A DNA stretch of 64,000 nucleotides. It comes from Octopus vulgaris. Its lineage: Eukaryota. A program made the position numbers and the translations under genes. The stretch covers positions 8,680,001-8,744,000 of the forward strand of contig OX597832.1 in assembly GCA_951406725.2 (NCBI GenBank). The letters run 5' to 3'. Shown here in pieces: positions 42,827 through 55,561 of this stretch. The notes under the pieces were generated by a model. That model did not search any database, was not told the DNA's origin, and was given only the letters and a program-made list of their open reading frames with translations. Each line of letters starts with the position of its first letter. Positions within the stretch are counted from its first letter, which is position 1.

Positions 42827-43599
42827 TGTGTGTGTGTGTCTCCTTTTCTCTCTCTCTCTCTATATATATATATATACATATATATATGTATGTGTGTGTG
42901 TGCCTCCTTCTATATATATATATATATATATATAATTGAATTTCATTTAATTAGTCAAAGAACTAAAAGCTACTGAAGGATGCGAGCCCAATACATCACC
43001 GGTTTATACCAGCGTTCAGAGAAAACCAAGAATATTAGTTTATCACCGAAGTGTTTTATTATCTAAATAAACCTTTTTAAATAAGAAAATGGAGAAAAGT
43101 TACGTACTTAAGACATTCAAATTCATACATAGAAAATCCTACCTACAGCTGTTTCAATAACCAATGGTTTTATTTCAGAAGTAAAATTCCAGTGAATTTT
43201 ATAACTTCATTTTGAAATTTTCCCTGAGCATATACCCAGTTCACTTATATAAATATGTACGTATATGTATCTCTGTACTTATGTAGTATTCATATATACA
43301 TACATATCGCTGTGCTGTGTGCTATAGGTGTGTACTTGTGGGTATAGTTTGTATCCCTCTCTCAAGTGATTTTGAGCCGATGTGCCACAGTCGGCTCTTC
43401 AAACCCATATGGTCCCGGACTTTGATAAACTGCCACCATTCCCCAGCAATAATACAATCCCAGACAATGGTTGCGGTATAGGCATGCGTAGTGCAGGAGG
43501 ATTTATGAATCTTTGAATCAAAACAACTAACTTTTAGAACCCGACGACATCTATGTATAAGTTATGTAGTCTTAGGCGAGACGCTTGCATCTCGGACTT

Positions 43600-45800
43600 A
43601 GAACATGAATAGGACAACATTAATTGGAATGTTATTGGTCTCATGAAGTGACAAGAAAGTGATATTACAAACTCCTTGCAAAAAATGGTCACATATTTTC
43701 CCTGGAAAGCTGAGGATAAAAGTGAAGCAGGCATACGATTTTTGATATATAATGATGTTGCTGGAAATATTATCAATTGCAAAACAGATAATGAAAACAA
43801 CCGCCAGCCTGAGGAAAATTTATTAGATTAATATTATCCCAGTGCATGCACCAACTAGTGGCAATGATGATGATGAGATTGAAGTATTTTACAAGGCAGC
43901 TTGACAATGCCATTAAAGAAAAGAAAGTGAACCATACTTTAGTGATAGGGATTTTTAAGCCAAAGATGGGCTTTAAGAATAATAACTGCTAAAATGTCAT
44001 CGGAAGTTACGAATGTGGAATAAGATATGAAAGACGAAAAATACTAAATGAAATAGCATACTATGAAAACATTACTATAGCAGATATCTTCTTTTACTTA
44101 AAATGGACATGGAAAAACGGCCTGGAGATAGAACGAGTAAGTAAATTCATTTAATAATATCAAGCAGCCCAGATACAGTTCAGGATATGACAGTTGTCCA
44201 TAAAAGGAACATTTCAGGTGAATGTAGTCTTATTAAATACAAACTTAAAACACAGGGAATTTGCATGACGACCTTAGAGCAAAAGTCTCACAATTTCAGT
44301 TAATCTTGAAAAGTAGAATTTATGTAATTAGGTACAAGATACACAGTAATAATATCAAAGAGATAACAAATAATATTACAGAGAAAATAATTAAATGCAG
44401 CTAAGGAAACTACATCTAACAGAAAAAAAGGCGAAAAACTATATATTACCGAGAGATATTGTAAAGCACATTAATATCCGAATAACAATGAAATAAGACT
44501 CATTTACACAACCCATTGAATATACTGAATGAGGTAACACAATAAGGAGAAATCTCAGAAAACATTAACGATGATTAAGGAAATAATTAAAAACTACAAA
44601 AGTCACAAAAAAAACCTAAGCAAAGGTACATTATTGGACGTAACACAATCATTAACCTAAATGATAAACACGGAAATAACTTACAGAAGATGTGCAAATA
44701 TTAAAAAGAATTAAAGAACTCTATATAACCCTATATCAATCAAACAAGTTTCATGAACAGTAAATTCAAAAGAAATGGTCACAGATATATTAGAATCAGA
44801 AATTAGAATTGTCATAAAGGAAATGAAAAATAAAATGCTACTGCTCCTGATGGGATTGTAATAAACGTAATATAAATGCAGTTCTATATTTAATATAAAT
44901 ATTTAATATAAATATAAATAATGTAAATAATGCAAATAATGTATAATAAAAATGGTTGGACCAAGCACAAGGAAGGCAATAGCTAAACTATAAAAAATGG
45001 GTCCATTAATATAAGATACAGGTGATGAAGAAGAGTTACGAGCTGATTCTTCTTTATAAAAAGGGATAGTAAACACCTAGAGAACAACAGGCCTATGAAT
45101 CTACTCTCACACATAGAATATCACCTCAAAAATCATATCAAAAGATTTGAGAAGGGTGAATGAGAACACAACAGCAGAATAGGAAAGACTCGGGAAAAAC
45201 TATAGCATAATTGATCACATGTATGCTATAAACCATCTGAGGGGGAAATGACAAACTTACAACATACCACTATGCTTAACATTTGTATAATTTGAAAACC
45301 CTTCATTCCGTGGAAATTGATGATATATTAAGAGTACTAAGAAGATAGGGAATAGAAGGAAACAAAAGGTGACTGATATCAAAATTGATAAAGCCTTCAA
45401 AGGAGGCATGTATCACCCTAATTATTCACATCTGTGTTAGAGAAGGTTTTTTAAAAACCTATGAGAGTCAGATAAAGGAATCAATACAAACGCCTGCTAA
45501 ATGGTCTCAGGTATGTTGATGATGTACTCATGTCTAGGAGCATTAGAGTATCAACAGAAATGATCAGAGAAGTAAAAGAAGAAAACAAACAACGTAGATT
45601 CACAATTAATATTAACAAATCTCTAGCCATTTCATCACAGCTGGAAATATAGTAATATATGATAAAACAGTTCAAAGTGTTGACCTATACACCTGCCATA
45701 GTAAAATATTATGTTTAAAGGATACAAATCAGACATGAAATTGAAAGATGAATAAAGACACATAACAAGAATGTTGAAAGTAAATTAAGAGCGATATAAA
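43600..45800 (+). pseudogene. Heavily decayed RTE-clade LINE (APE endonuclease plus RT)
   Basis: Manual translation gives these motifs in order: EAGIRFLI (~43724), IIPVHAPTSGNDDDEIEVFY (~43832), LVIG.F.AK.G (~43939), APDGI (~44843), ENNRPMNLLSHI (~45080), LRYVDDVLM (~45506). Many stops and frameshifts. Confidence 0.85.
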
Positions 45801-46218
45801 GATCCATGAAAAGGAGAATGCTGATAATTAAGAAAACGGTTAAGTGAAGAAGCATTCTAACCAAACTACTTTTGCAATTTACGTTTAGTGTATATACCTA
45901 TATTATAGATTCTTTGGTATGTGTATTTATTGCGTAATGTTTGTGTGTTAGCGGGAAAAAATTTAAACTGATGTGTCTTTTAATTTATTAATTTACTATT
46001 ATTTTTACAGCTAATTATTTAACCTGGCTATTCAGGTGGTTTTCCTTCTCCATAAGCTATTTTCGATTTAAGGTTTTCTTCGATTTTTATAATAATATGA
46101 TTTTGGACACCAATTTGTTATTTCATGCAACCGGATATTGAAAAGGATCAATGAAACAAAACCATTTTCAAAGGTGTATCTATCAAAGTAATTGTATTTC
46201 TTACTCCATTCTAAATTA

Positions 46219-46365
46219 AACTTCCGACGACTGGAACGTGGACCTCTGAGTAACAATTTTTGTGATATTTTTGCTGCTTTTTAATAAAGCTTATTACTCT
46301 ACATCTGGTTTTTGAGTACTACTTCTTCCACCTTGATTCGCATTTATGCGCCTTCTCTGGTATAT
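46219..46365 (+). mobile_element. PLE-like terminus with degenerate CCGACGA hammerhead
   Basis: aactt-CCGACGA-ctggaacgt-ggac-ctctgag-TA-acaatt, followed by the reverse complement of the 27638 element and ending in TATATA. Confidence 0.55.
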
Positions 46366-46387
46366 ATATCCTTTTATGATTTACCTG

Positions 46388-46560
46388 TTCAGTAATTTGA
46401 TTGCAGCCAGGCTTCAGTACCGCTTTTAGCCGAACAAATCACCCCCAGGAAATATTCCTTATAATCTTAGTAGTTATTCCATCGCTTCTGATGCCGAACC
46501 GCTTGGTGATGAGACCATAGACACAACAACAAGCGATGGTGTTGGGACAAACACAGACAC
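46388..46560 (-). mobile_element. SINE family A 3' half (degenerate)
   Basis: ttcagtaatttgattgcagccaggcttcagtaccgc and tgccgaaccgct. Confidence 0.65.
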
Positions 46561-46562
46561 AT

Positions 46563-46615
<53 letters not shown>

Positions 46616-46821
46616 GTGAAATAGAAAGATGAATAATCTTGTAGTAGATTAATCAAAAGTTTAACCGATACCTTAGTAGTAAAAATCACAGCAGTAAACA
46701 GCACGGTTGGAGGTACAACCATATGGTGTTGCAACCGTGCGTTGGTGCGGATAATTGAAATTAAAATATCATTGGTGAATTGAAGAAATGGAGCTGAACG
46801 CAGATTGAACAGAAATCGTTT

Positions 46822-46915
46822 TATTTCATTCTACACGTGTTTCGAAAGGCACAATTTACCAAAATCCGATTGAATAATGGGACCATATTGTGTCTTTCTC
46901 TTCAGGAAGAAAATA
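46822..46915 (-). ncRNA. Type I hammerhead ribozyme, canonical core, sense to the PLE ORF
   Basis: Reverse complement of 48226-48319; lies in the 3' UTR downstream of the GIY-YIG stop. Confidence 0.85.
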
Positions 46916-47498
46916 GGAAATCCGTTGGAAAAAACAAAAACAGAACAGAGGCGGAGCAAAAACAAATCGAACTAGGCTCCTAAGAGCCCATGGCGAAACT
47001 GTTTATCAGTGTATGTTGAGAACCGGTGGCTGAAGAATTTAACGGGTCAGGCATCGGTCAATCATGTGGGTGATGGTGTGTAGATGTTCTTTGTGACCGA
47101 GAATAAAGTTCTGACTATTTAAGGAATATTGGATGTTTTATATGGGGGGGAAAAAATCTACTTAGAGACGTGTGTGTGTGTATACTGTTCTATATATGTG
47201 TGTGTTGGCGTAGGGGTAGAAAACATTTTTTGTGTACGTGTGTGCGTTTGATCGTTCGGCTGTCAGTGGCTACTGCAGTGAGAACCGTTGGGTGGCAGAA
47301 AAAAAATATATATTATGTTTTATGTGTGTGTGTGTTCATCTAAGCCTGCCTTGTCAAGGAAACCCCCCGTTGTGAAAAAACCAAGCCCCGTTTATCTTAC
47401 AGGAGTAATTCCCCTTGCAGTGGTTAATCGTAGATATCTTAAAGGCTATTTCAGAATTTGTTACCAAGGGCTATGGGTGCCGGTATTATTTATAAACG

Positions 47499-47880
47499 CT
47501 ATTTAAAAGCCAGATAAGTGTAACGCCGCCAATGGGGGCATCGAAAAGCCGACTGTAAAAGCCCGTTTACCATCCGGCCTCTGGCAAACAAAATATGGAA
47601 GAGTTCGGAGACACAAAGGTTGCACTGCCTTCTGCCCCTATCAAATGGGAGGGCCGCCGACAAAATTGACCATTCCAGCCTGTAGCTTAAGTTCGTATCC
47701 TTCAGTCGCCATATTAGCTTACTGAGTCCCGTGGTCTGGCGCTTGTTCATGTCCCGAAAAGTTGCGTAATGGTTGGAGACTCGCAAAGACAATCTTGAGG
47801 ATGAGGCCCCTACATAAGTGAAGACATCTGAGTCCGTGTAAACCTTGCATTGGTAGACGGCGTTTTTGATCTTGGAGTTC
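47499..47880 (-). pseudogene. GIY-YIG endonuclease domain of a Penelope-like element (C-terminal fragment, open frame)
   Basis: AVYQCKV...TYVGAS..LSLRVSNH..F....TGLSKLIWRLK...LEWSIL...CNLCVSE...MVN...CPH. The N-terminal ~33 aa of ORF 47499-48008 come from the inverted arm and are not genuine. Confidence 0.88.
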
Positions 47881-48225
47881 GCCGACGTGAATCTTATTCT
47901 GCTAGGATTAAAAATGTTTTCTACCCCTACGCCAACACACACATATATAGAACAGTATACACACACACACGTCTCTAAGTAGATTTTTTCTCGCCCCTTA
48001 TAAAACATCCAATATTCCTTAAATAGTCAGAACTTTATTCTCGGTCACAAAGAACATCTACACACCCTCACCCACATGATTGACCGATGCCTGACCCGTT
48101 AAATTCTTCAGCCACCGGTTCTCAACATACACTGATAAACAGTTTCGCCATGGGCTCTTAGGAGCCTAGTTCGATTTGTTTTTGCTCCGCCTCTGTTCTG
48201 TTTTTGTTTTTTCCAACGGATTTCC

Positions 48226-48319
48226 TATTTTCTTCCTGAAGAGAAAGACACAATATGGTCCCATTATTCAATCGGATTTTGGTAAATTGTGCCTTTCGAA
48301 ACACGTGTAGAATGAAATA
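48226..48319 (+). ncRNA. Type I hammerhead ribozyme, canonical core
   Basis: tattttcttc-CTGAAGA-gaaagacacaat...attgtgcctttc-GAAA-cacgtg-TA-gaatgaaata. Stem I pairs 9/10, stem II 11/12, helix III is the palindrome ACACGTGT, and predicted cleavage is after A48309. Confidence 0.85.
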
Positions 48320-48368
48320 AAACGATTTCTGTTCAATCTGCGTTCAGCTCCATTTCTTCAATTCACCA

Positions 48369-48417
<49 letters not shown>

Positions 48418-48573
48418 CGCGACGGCTTTCTATCAGTTTCCGTCTCCCAAATCCACTTACAAGGCTTTATTCAGCCCGAGGTTATAGTAGAAGACACTTG
48501 CCCATAGTGTCACCCTATGTGACTCAGCCCAGAACCACGTGAAAGCAAGCTTCTTACCACACATCCATTCCTG
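48418..48573 (-). mobile_element. SINE family A 5' half
   Basis: tcagtttccgtctcccaaatccact...agaagacacttgccca...gcaagcttcttaccacac. Confidence 0.8.
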
Positions 48574-48581
48574 TTTATATA

Positions 48582-49500
48582 TTAAGGGCACAATACATGT
48601 ATTAAAGCGTAACTAATCGTTTCATATGTTGAGAAAACTGAATTCTCAGGAGCAACCCACATATCACAAGGAAGTAAGAAACTTGAATAATGAAAGAAAA
48701 TCTGAGAAAGTAGCATATAGAAAACGTAGAGAGTAAACAACGGAAAACGAAAAACGGAAAACAAAAATGCACAAATTAAAAACTAACATAGGAAAAAGAT
48801 TCTTGTCTCTCCTAGACACACACTTTCCAGCTTCTTACAGATACTGGAAATATTTGATCACTGTTCTATGAAGTAATCATATAGCTGCTGCCCTAATATG
48901 AAGAATATCATTACACGTGGTCAACACCAAAAGCCTAAACCCAGTCGTAACTCTCGTGACCCAGGATCCTTTCTACTTGACCAATGATGTGTGATTAAAT
49001 CTATCGTATGTGAGGCAGAAGTTAATGCAAGCGTAAATAATAATACAACTGATAATAAGACTTATATTGGATCATGTGCAGGTAATATTTTGAAATCTAG
49101 ATTAGAAATTTTCAGTAGCTGCATACATATGTATAAATATATTTTAAAGTATTGGAAAATCTCTTTTATTCCTAACTGACATAATATCTTTCTAGCCTTA
49201 TCATTTAAGGTCTAACGAGGATAACTATTTTACCTTTTTGTCTTATATTTTTTTATACTTTAGTTTTTGTGTTTTTGTTTTCCGTTTTCCGCTTTCTGTT
49301 GTTTACACGCAGCGTTTTCTATAATTAAAATTTTTAGTTCGTTATGATATGCGACTTGCGCCTGAAGATTATGTTTGAGTTTTCGAAACATGTGAAACTA
49401 TTAGTAACGCTTTAATAAATGTATTGTGCCCTTTAAATAAATAATAAGTAACTCTCACGGGATGGAGTACTATTTTTGCTGAATTTTTATCGCGGAACAG
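48582..49500 (+). mobile_element. Older Penelope-like fragment with diverged inverted pLTR arms
   Basis: Arms ~48582-48790 and ~49255-49437. The interior translates SYSCCPNMKNII (~48877) and SIVCEAEV...KTYIGSC...LKSRL (GIY-YIG). A tail at 49438-49500 leads into TA-rich repeat. Confidence 0.82.
49358..49410 (+). ncRNA. Type I hammerhead-like motif
   Basis: gcgc-CTGAAGA-ttatgttt...gaaacatgt-GAAA-ctattag-TA-acgc; a degenerate inverted copy lies at ~48607-48653. Confidence 0.55.
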
Positions 49501-49557
49501 TATATTATATACCTATATATACATACATACATATACATATATATATGTATATACATG

Positions 49558-49642
<85 letters not shown>

Positions 49643-49655
49643 GTATGTATGTATG

Positions 49656-49706
<51 letters not shown>

Positions 49707-51084
49707 ATATATATACTGTGTGTATACTCATATACACTAAGAGATTAAGAGATTTTTAGGAAATATAGTACCGAAAGAAAATAATCCTGTAGACATATCT
49801 CTACCATAATTTGTATCATTTTAGACAACTGAATGTTAGTTGCAAAAGGTACAGTAAGTACCCGTCTTACTGCTTTGCATTGGTAGCTATTATCCATGGG
49901 TTTTCCCCATGCTTTTGAATAACTCTCTCATGTTTGCTAGAAAGTTTTCTAGTTTCACATACTATGGAAACAAAACTTTACTTGCTAGAATTATATAGAT
50001 ATTTTTCGAACGTCATTATTGGATTAGTGAATATATACCTGATAATTTCGATATTACTATAGGTTTCTCTGATTTCGCTTTGGTAACAGATTTATTTGGC
50101 TTATATCACATATGTGAATTCAAAAGAAACTTCTTCATACTTAGGCACTGTATTTTATCGTGATTACTTTTTTTACAGCTTTCACCAAATAATTATGTTT
50201 CTTCTCACAGAGAATGCCTTAGAAATTTCAACTACAAACTCTTTACGATATGCAATCTCCGTATCACTTTCGATAAGAATATACAAATTAATAATTTCCT
50301 CGTACTCACTTCATAAGCCTAAAGAAACCGTACAATAAATAAATGAAATATCTACCCAACCCAATTTGATAGTGAATAGTATTATTAGAAATATCTCTCT
50401 TACAATATCTAATCTTTCAGCTAAACGAAAAATATTAATGATGATGTATCCCATTATAATGATATTTTGATGGGAAGTAGAAACGATGAAAACCATCGTA
50501 TCATTCTAACATCAAATTAATGAGAATACTTCATCATATTAACATATCTGTTAATATTTATACGTTTGCTAAGGGTAAAAAAAGTACATTGTGATGGTTT
50601 TAGATATGATACCTTAATGCCTAAGGATATTTTCTATAATCCATGATCTCGGAATGAAAAAGATAAAAAAATATTGAAATATGTAGTAGAAATATAAAAA
50701 AAAAAACACTGAAACAAGTTAACGCTCCAGTGAATAATGATGACGACAAACAAGGGGATTCTGTATTAGCATCAATGTAAGTAATGATTCCAAATACATA
50801 GGTAAGACATGAAGAGTGTCCTCATGTATTCATAAAAAATACAAATGTATCTAAAAGGTATTAGGAGAAATATTTGTCTGAGTGATAGAAATACTAATAA
50901 AATAGAGAATGAATATTCTGAAGTCACTAATGTAGAGAGAAATTTACAATAGATAATATCATAGCAGCTAGAGAACTATACGCTACGCACCTTATTATAT
51001 AGCGACATTCATCTGTTGTACACTGAAATGCAAGAGCTAAGATAAAATGAATGAACAAATAACAATAATGAGAACTATATCAAT

Positions 51085-51281
51085 CCTCTCTACTATAGGC
51101 ATCCGCCCTGAAATTTTATGGGTAGGAGGATTGTCGATCTTATCGGGCCCAGGACTTGAGAGGTATTCCTTCTATCGACTCGGAAAAACCTTAGCGCAAG
51201 GTCGATTTCAGTATATTTTAACTCAGAGTGTAAAGGTGAAGGAAAATCCACAAAACATTTTGTCCGGTATGCTAACGATTC
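51085..51281 (-). mobile_element. Degenerate SINE family B copy
   Basis: gcaaggtcgatttc...aactcagagtgt...ccggtatgctaacgattc. Confidence 0.55.
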
Positions 51282-51402
51282 CTGTTGTTGTTGTTGTTGT
51301 TGTTATTGTTCTTCTTCTTCTTCTTCTTCTTCTTCTTCTTCTTCTTCTTCTTCTTCTTCTTCTTGTTATTATTATTATTATTATTTTTTTTTTATTATTA
51401 TT

Positions 51403-51655
51403 ATGTTTGACTTTTGCTTTGTATTTGTACAAGCTGACTCCAAGTCTCACCCAGAGACCTCAAGAGACAACACTTTAGAAGGTCATGTTGTTGGAATGCC
51501 TACGGTGTCATACATTTGATTTTGAACATAGTGTTGTTCTAGAGAATGTTTAAGAGAACAGAAAAATATTATGAGTTTGTTTTATAATTTGAGATTACAT
51601 AGACAGTATTTTACGTAGTATATGGGAAGTTCCCATGAGCACTATCTTCTGAATT
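51403..51655 (-). mobile_element. R4/Dong-like LINE extreme 3' end inside (TAA)n
   Basis: Minus strand translates IQKIVLMGTSHILRKILSM*, followed by a 3' UTR (ctctgggtgagacttggag); (TTA)n lies on both sides. Confidence 0.78.
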
Positions 51656-51658
51656 ATT

Positions 51659-51689
<31 letters not shown>

Positions 51690-52209
51690 TTATTATTATT
51701 ATTATTAATATTATATTTAATTTTATTATTATTAATATTATTATTATATGTTATAGTTTAAAAAGTATTGATGTAACTCCTCACAAAGTTAAACTGTCAA
51801 GACAAAGAGCGCGATTCGATCGTCAGATATTTTTATTAGTTGAACGATATTTCAACAGTACGTAAGTCTTTGTCAAGTTCAAAATAAGAAGTGACAAAAT
51901 TCAAAATTACACAGAAATTAATACGTAAAGTATGAACGACAGCAACCATCTTCCACACGTTGATGGAATGACATCATCAGTTTTTAAGTTACAATTTTAT
52001 AACAGGCGAAAAGAAAAAAGAAAAAAAATGGAAGAAAAGACAGAAAAACGAAGACGACAGAAAAAAGGCAAGAAAAAGAGAGAAAGAAGAATACTATTTA
52101 ATGAAACAGTTTTGCATAAATTTCATGATATTCTCCTGTCATCTTATTCATTTCTCCACGGCATGATCTTAATAACCAGCAAATATATTTCTCCTCATAC
52201 ATTCTGAGA

Positions 52210-52415
52210 AATGAAAGTGGAGCTCATTCAGAATATTTTCTCAGAATATGCACTTTAAAGTCTTCTTCAGAATTGCAGCCGCTTGAAACGAAAATGTTCA
52301 GCAAGTTCTGTCGAACTACTGTTATTGTGCGCATTAAGCCTTTTGTTTAATTGTTCTGTTGTACAACCAACATAAATTGTGTTTTGTGCATTATGCAGCG
52401 TACACCACAGGGGAA
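52210..52415 (-). pseudogene. Decayed GIY-YIG endonuclease fragment (Penelope-like)
   Basis: Minus strand reads VVYAA*CTKHN / IYVGCTTEQLNKRLNAH...LAEHF / EEDFKVHIL, with a stop and frameshifts. Confidence 0.68.
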
Positions 52416-53039
52416 TCTCTACATGTTCAACCTTCTACAATTTCTGGTGTGTTGTTTATTCTGTTTTTAATGTAATTCATTGTTAATTCTTGCTTTTGGT
52501 AGCACAGATTAGAGCCTACATTTCCGGTTATAAGACTTTCTTTGTCATACATAGCCATCATTTCCCTCTGTCGTCTGTCTTACCTTCAGCATCCTTACGA
52601 AATTGTCCAGGCATTATTTTCTTTAACCAACTATATTCAGTTTCATTCATTCTCATGTCCTTGTACAGTGCTTTATCTTTGCAATCTTTCAACCTACACA
52701 AGCCTGACCTTCTTACTTGAGCCCTATGATCCTATCACCAATGGTATCACTTTTACATTAGCCTCTCTCATTGCATACACTCTTGCCATTTCCACTTTCA
52801 ATTCGGAGTATTTGGGGATTTTTTTCAACCTCATTACTCACAACATTCATGTCATTTGGTATGGCTACATCAATGATCTGACAGTATTTGTCTATGTTAG
52901 ACAATATGACAATATTCGGCAGATGGTTTCAATCATAATCCCAGAGTATCGTTACTTTTCCATCCTCCTGCGTACGTTTACTTGGTACATGCTCATACTA
53001 GTTATCTGTTACTTCATATTGGTATTTGCGGCATAAGAG

Positions 53040-53720
53040 GCAATGACGACACACACACATTTTATCATGGTGGCGCTCGCATGCTTTAGTGAAAGGCTCT
53101 CATATCCATTTGCGAACTGGATCACATTTTCCAGTCTCTTTCCACGGAGACTGCATTTCTGGGTGTAAGAAATTTTATAGATGTTATACTTCACTGAAAT
53201 GGTAGCGAGAGCCTGGTCTTCTGCAGCAATGATCAGGCTTTCGGTGGTACGCTTCAAATAACTCGCTCAAACCATGCCCACGATGCTGTATTATCCTTAA
53301 CGTCCTGTGTATTCCATTCAAACCGTTCATGCATTCTCATTTCAAGAAGGTCTTCTTTTCTCTTCTTCTCGGCTCTTCGGTTAAATACTTCCTTGCCTAT
53401 CATTTCATTTGCATTTACACCCATTTTTTGCGGCATATTGCAGCAGGTCTTCATCAGTATTTATCAAATACTAGGTAAGCCTTCTCCTTTCACTCCCTAT
53501 ACAATGATCTATACTAATTAGTCTTCTGCCACCATTGTTTCTATTCATATACAATCTGTTTCCGTTTGCAGTTAACTCTCAATAATATATTTTGCGCTCC
53601 CTGCATGGGTTATACTCCTGAGATCATTCTCAACTAATTTTAAGTTCCTTTACTGGTCATTTCAAGGGCTCCCACAATCATTGGTATCGTAACCGTCTTG
53701 AGATGCCATCTTTGCTCCAA
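53040..53720 (-). pseudogene. R4/Dong-like LINE fragments
   Basis: MRMHERF...SWAW / MKRTTESLIIAAEDQALAT...KCSLRGKRLENV, plus KTVTIPMIVGAL at ~53665-53700. Confidence 0.75.
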
Positions 53721-54393
53721 CTCCTGACGTCATATGCCCACCGTTCTCCTTTCGTTTTGTTTTCCGCTTGGGTAGTGACATTAGTAGAGGGACCTTCCTG
53801 TTTAGAGGTAATTTTTCTGCCGGTCACCGTCTCTTCTTGTATGCTATTTTTATTTCCGTATCTTAAGCACTCAAGCCCATATATATAAATTAGCTTTTAT
53901 TTATTTTCAAAGTTTTATTTCCGAACATATTTCCTTTTCCTTCTATTTAAAATGAGACAAAATAAGATAAAATGTGTCTCTTTTAATTTGTTCAAACAAT
54001 GTGTGTTCTATGTTGTTTTGTTTATGTACGACGTATGTGGGTGCATGAGTGAATTATATAAACATTACATTTATGTGTATTTGTGTAGAGATGAGATTGC
54101 ATATACAATTGTTATTTGTGCTTACATTGTTTTTTCTGTAGCGACATCGCATTCTCGCGTTTTTGCTTCAATTCATGTATAGGCAAGTCGCATCATCGCA
54201 TGTGGTTTATATCGTCACACGCTTGCTTTTCTACGACAACATGCCTGAGAGCAACTATATTTCGTATATGAGAGATTTAATTTACATTAGGAACCAATTT
54301 CAGAAATCCCGTTTGCCGATGCTCACAGATTTAAACCAACTTCGCAAGGAGCTCGCTCGTACACGTCCATCATGTTTGTTATTCGCTGCGGAA

Positions 54394-54399
54394 TATTAC

Positions 54400-54489
<90 letters not shown>

Positions 54490-54530
54490 CAGTAGTAGTA
54501 GTAGTAATAGTAGTAGTAGTAGTAGCAGTA
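54394..54530. repeat. (TAT)n-(TAG)n microsatellite
   Basis: Read directly from the sequence. Confidence 0.95.
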
Positions 54531-55561
54531 TAACGGTTGTAATTGTTATATATCCAACTTATTTTTATGCTACTCGAGATCCGCTCCCTAAATATGTCAT
54601 GTAATGGACGGAGGAAAGGAGCAAGAATAAGTTTTCATTAAAAGGAACGTAAACTGATGAGCCAATTTACCATTCGATCTCCAGTTTTAATAACATGGAC
54701 AATATTTCTGGTAGCAAATTTACAATTTATTATTCGCTTGAAAACCCCAACGTTATTTAGGTCTCATAATCAATCTCACTAGGAAAATAAGTCTCGTTGT
54801 AAATGTAGAGTATCTGATAATTGCAAATTAACGAATGAACGATTGTGTAAAATCATACAAATTCTAGGGCTTAGTATTTCAGTACTGATGATTCTTTAAA
54901 TTATTTTCTACGTGGGTTTATTTGCCAAGCGCTCAATGAATGATGTAAAATGGATGTTTTTAAATTCACTCACTCAGTATATTTTAAATCCAAATCTGAG
55001 TTGTAGTTCTCATAGTATGAGAAACCTTAAACTCATGCAAACTATACTAAGGTGTTAACAAATGTTTTATACTTTTCACATTATGATGCACTAAATACTC
55101 TAAAAGCTAATCTCAGGTTAATAAACACAATGAATCATGTAATTATTGTTCCTTGTGGGCATAAACTGAAGATTTTGCGATTAATTGGTACAAACAAAAA
55201 TGCCGTGTTCACACTGAAGGATTAAATAATAACACAAGTCTTAAAAATAAGAAACAAAAGTAAATATACTGTTGGTGTACACTAAATTATATAAAATGCA
55301 CAAAGATGTAATTTTTGAATATTCATTTTGATTTATTTTTATAAAAATATGTTTATTCTTCAAATCAGGATAAGTTTATCATTAAATGGATACTCATTTC
55401 TAACATCGTCTGCATGCATTTCAGTATGTGTGGAATACACACACACACACCACACCTATATATGTGTGTGTGTGTGTAGACGTGTATATGCTGGGTCATT
55501 CCAAATATAATGCAGATTTTTATCTTTTATTTTTCAATATTAAGATAAACAAACTTTTTTT

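Larger units (their letters stand above)
46612..48370 (-). mobile_element. 5'-truncated Penelope-like element with inverted pseudo-LTRs, inserted in (TA)n
   Basis: Arms 46771-47230 and 47910-48370 (about 460 bp, nearly identical) enclose a GIY-YIG ORF end. Tail at 46612-46770; (TA)n on both flanks; a hammerhead in each arm. Confidence 0.93.

Noticed and set aside
43135-43160. GAAA-CAGCTG-TA half hammerhead on the minus strand
   Set aside because: No CUGANGA-type strand was found upstream; at most a truncated remnant.
52542-53036. 164-aa hydrophobic ORF
   Set aside because: Non-ATG start, no recognisable domain, and it lies among decayed TE fragments.
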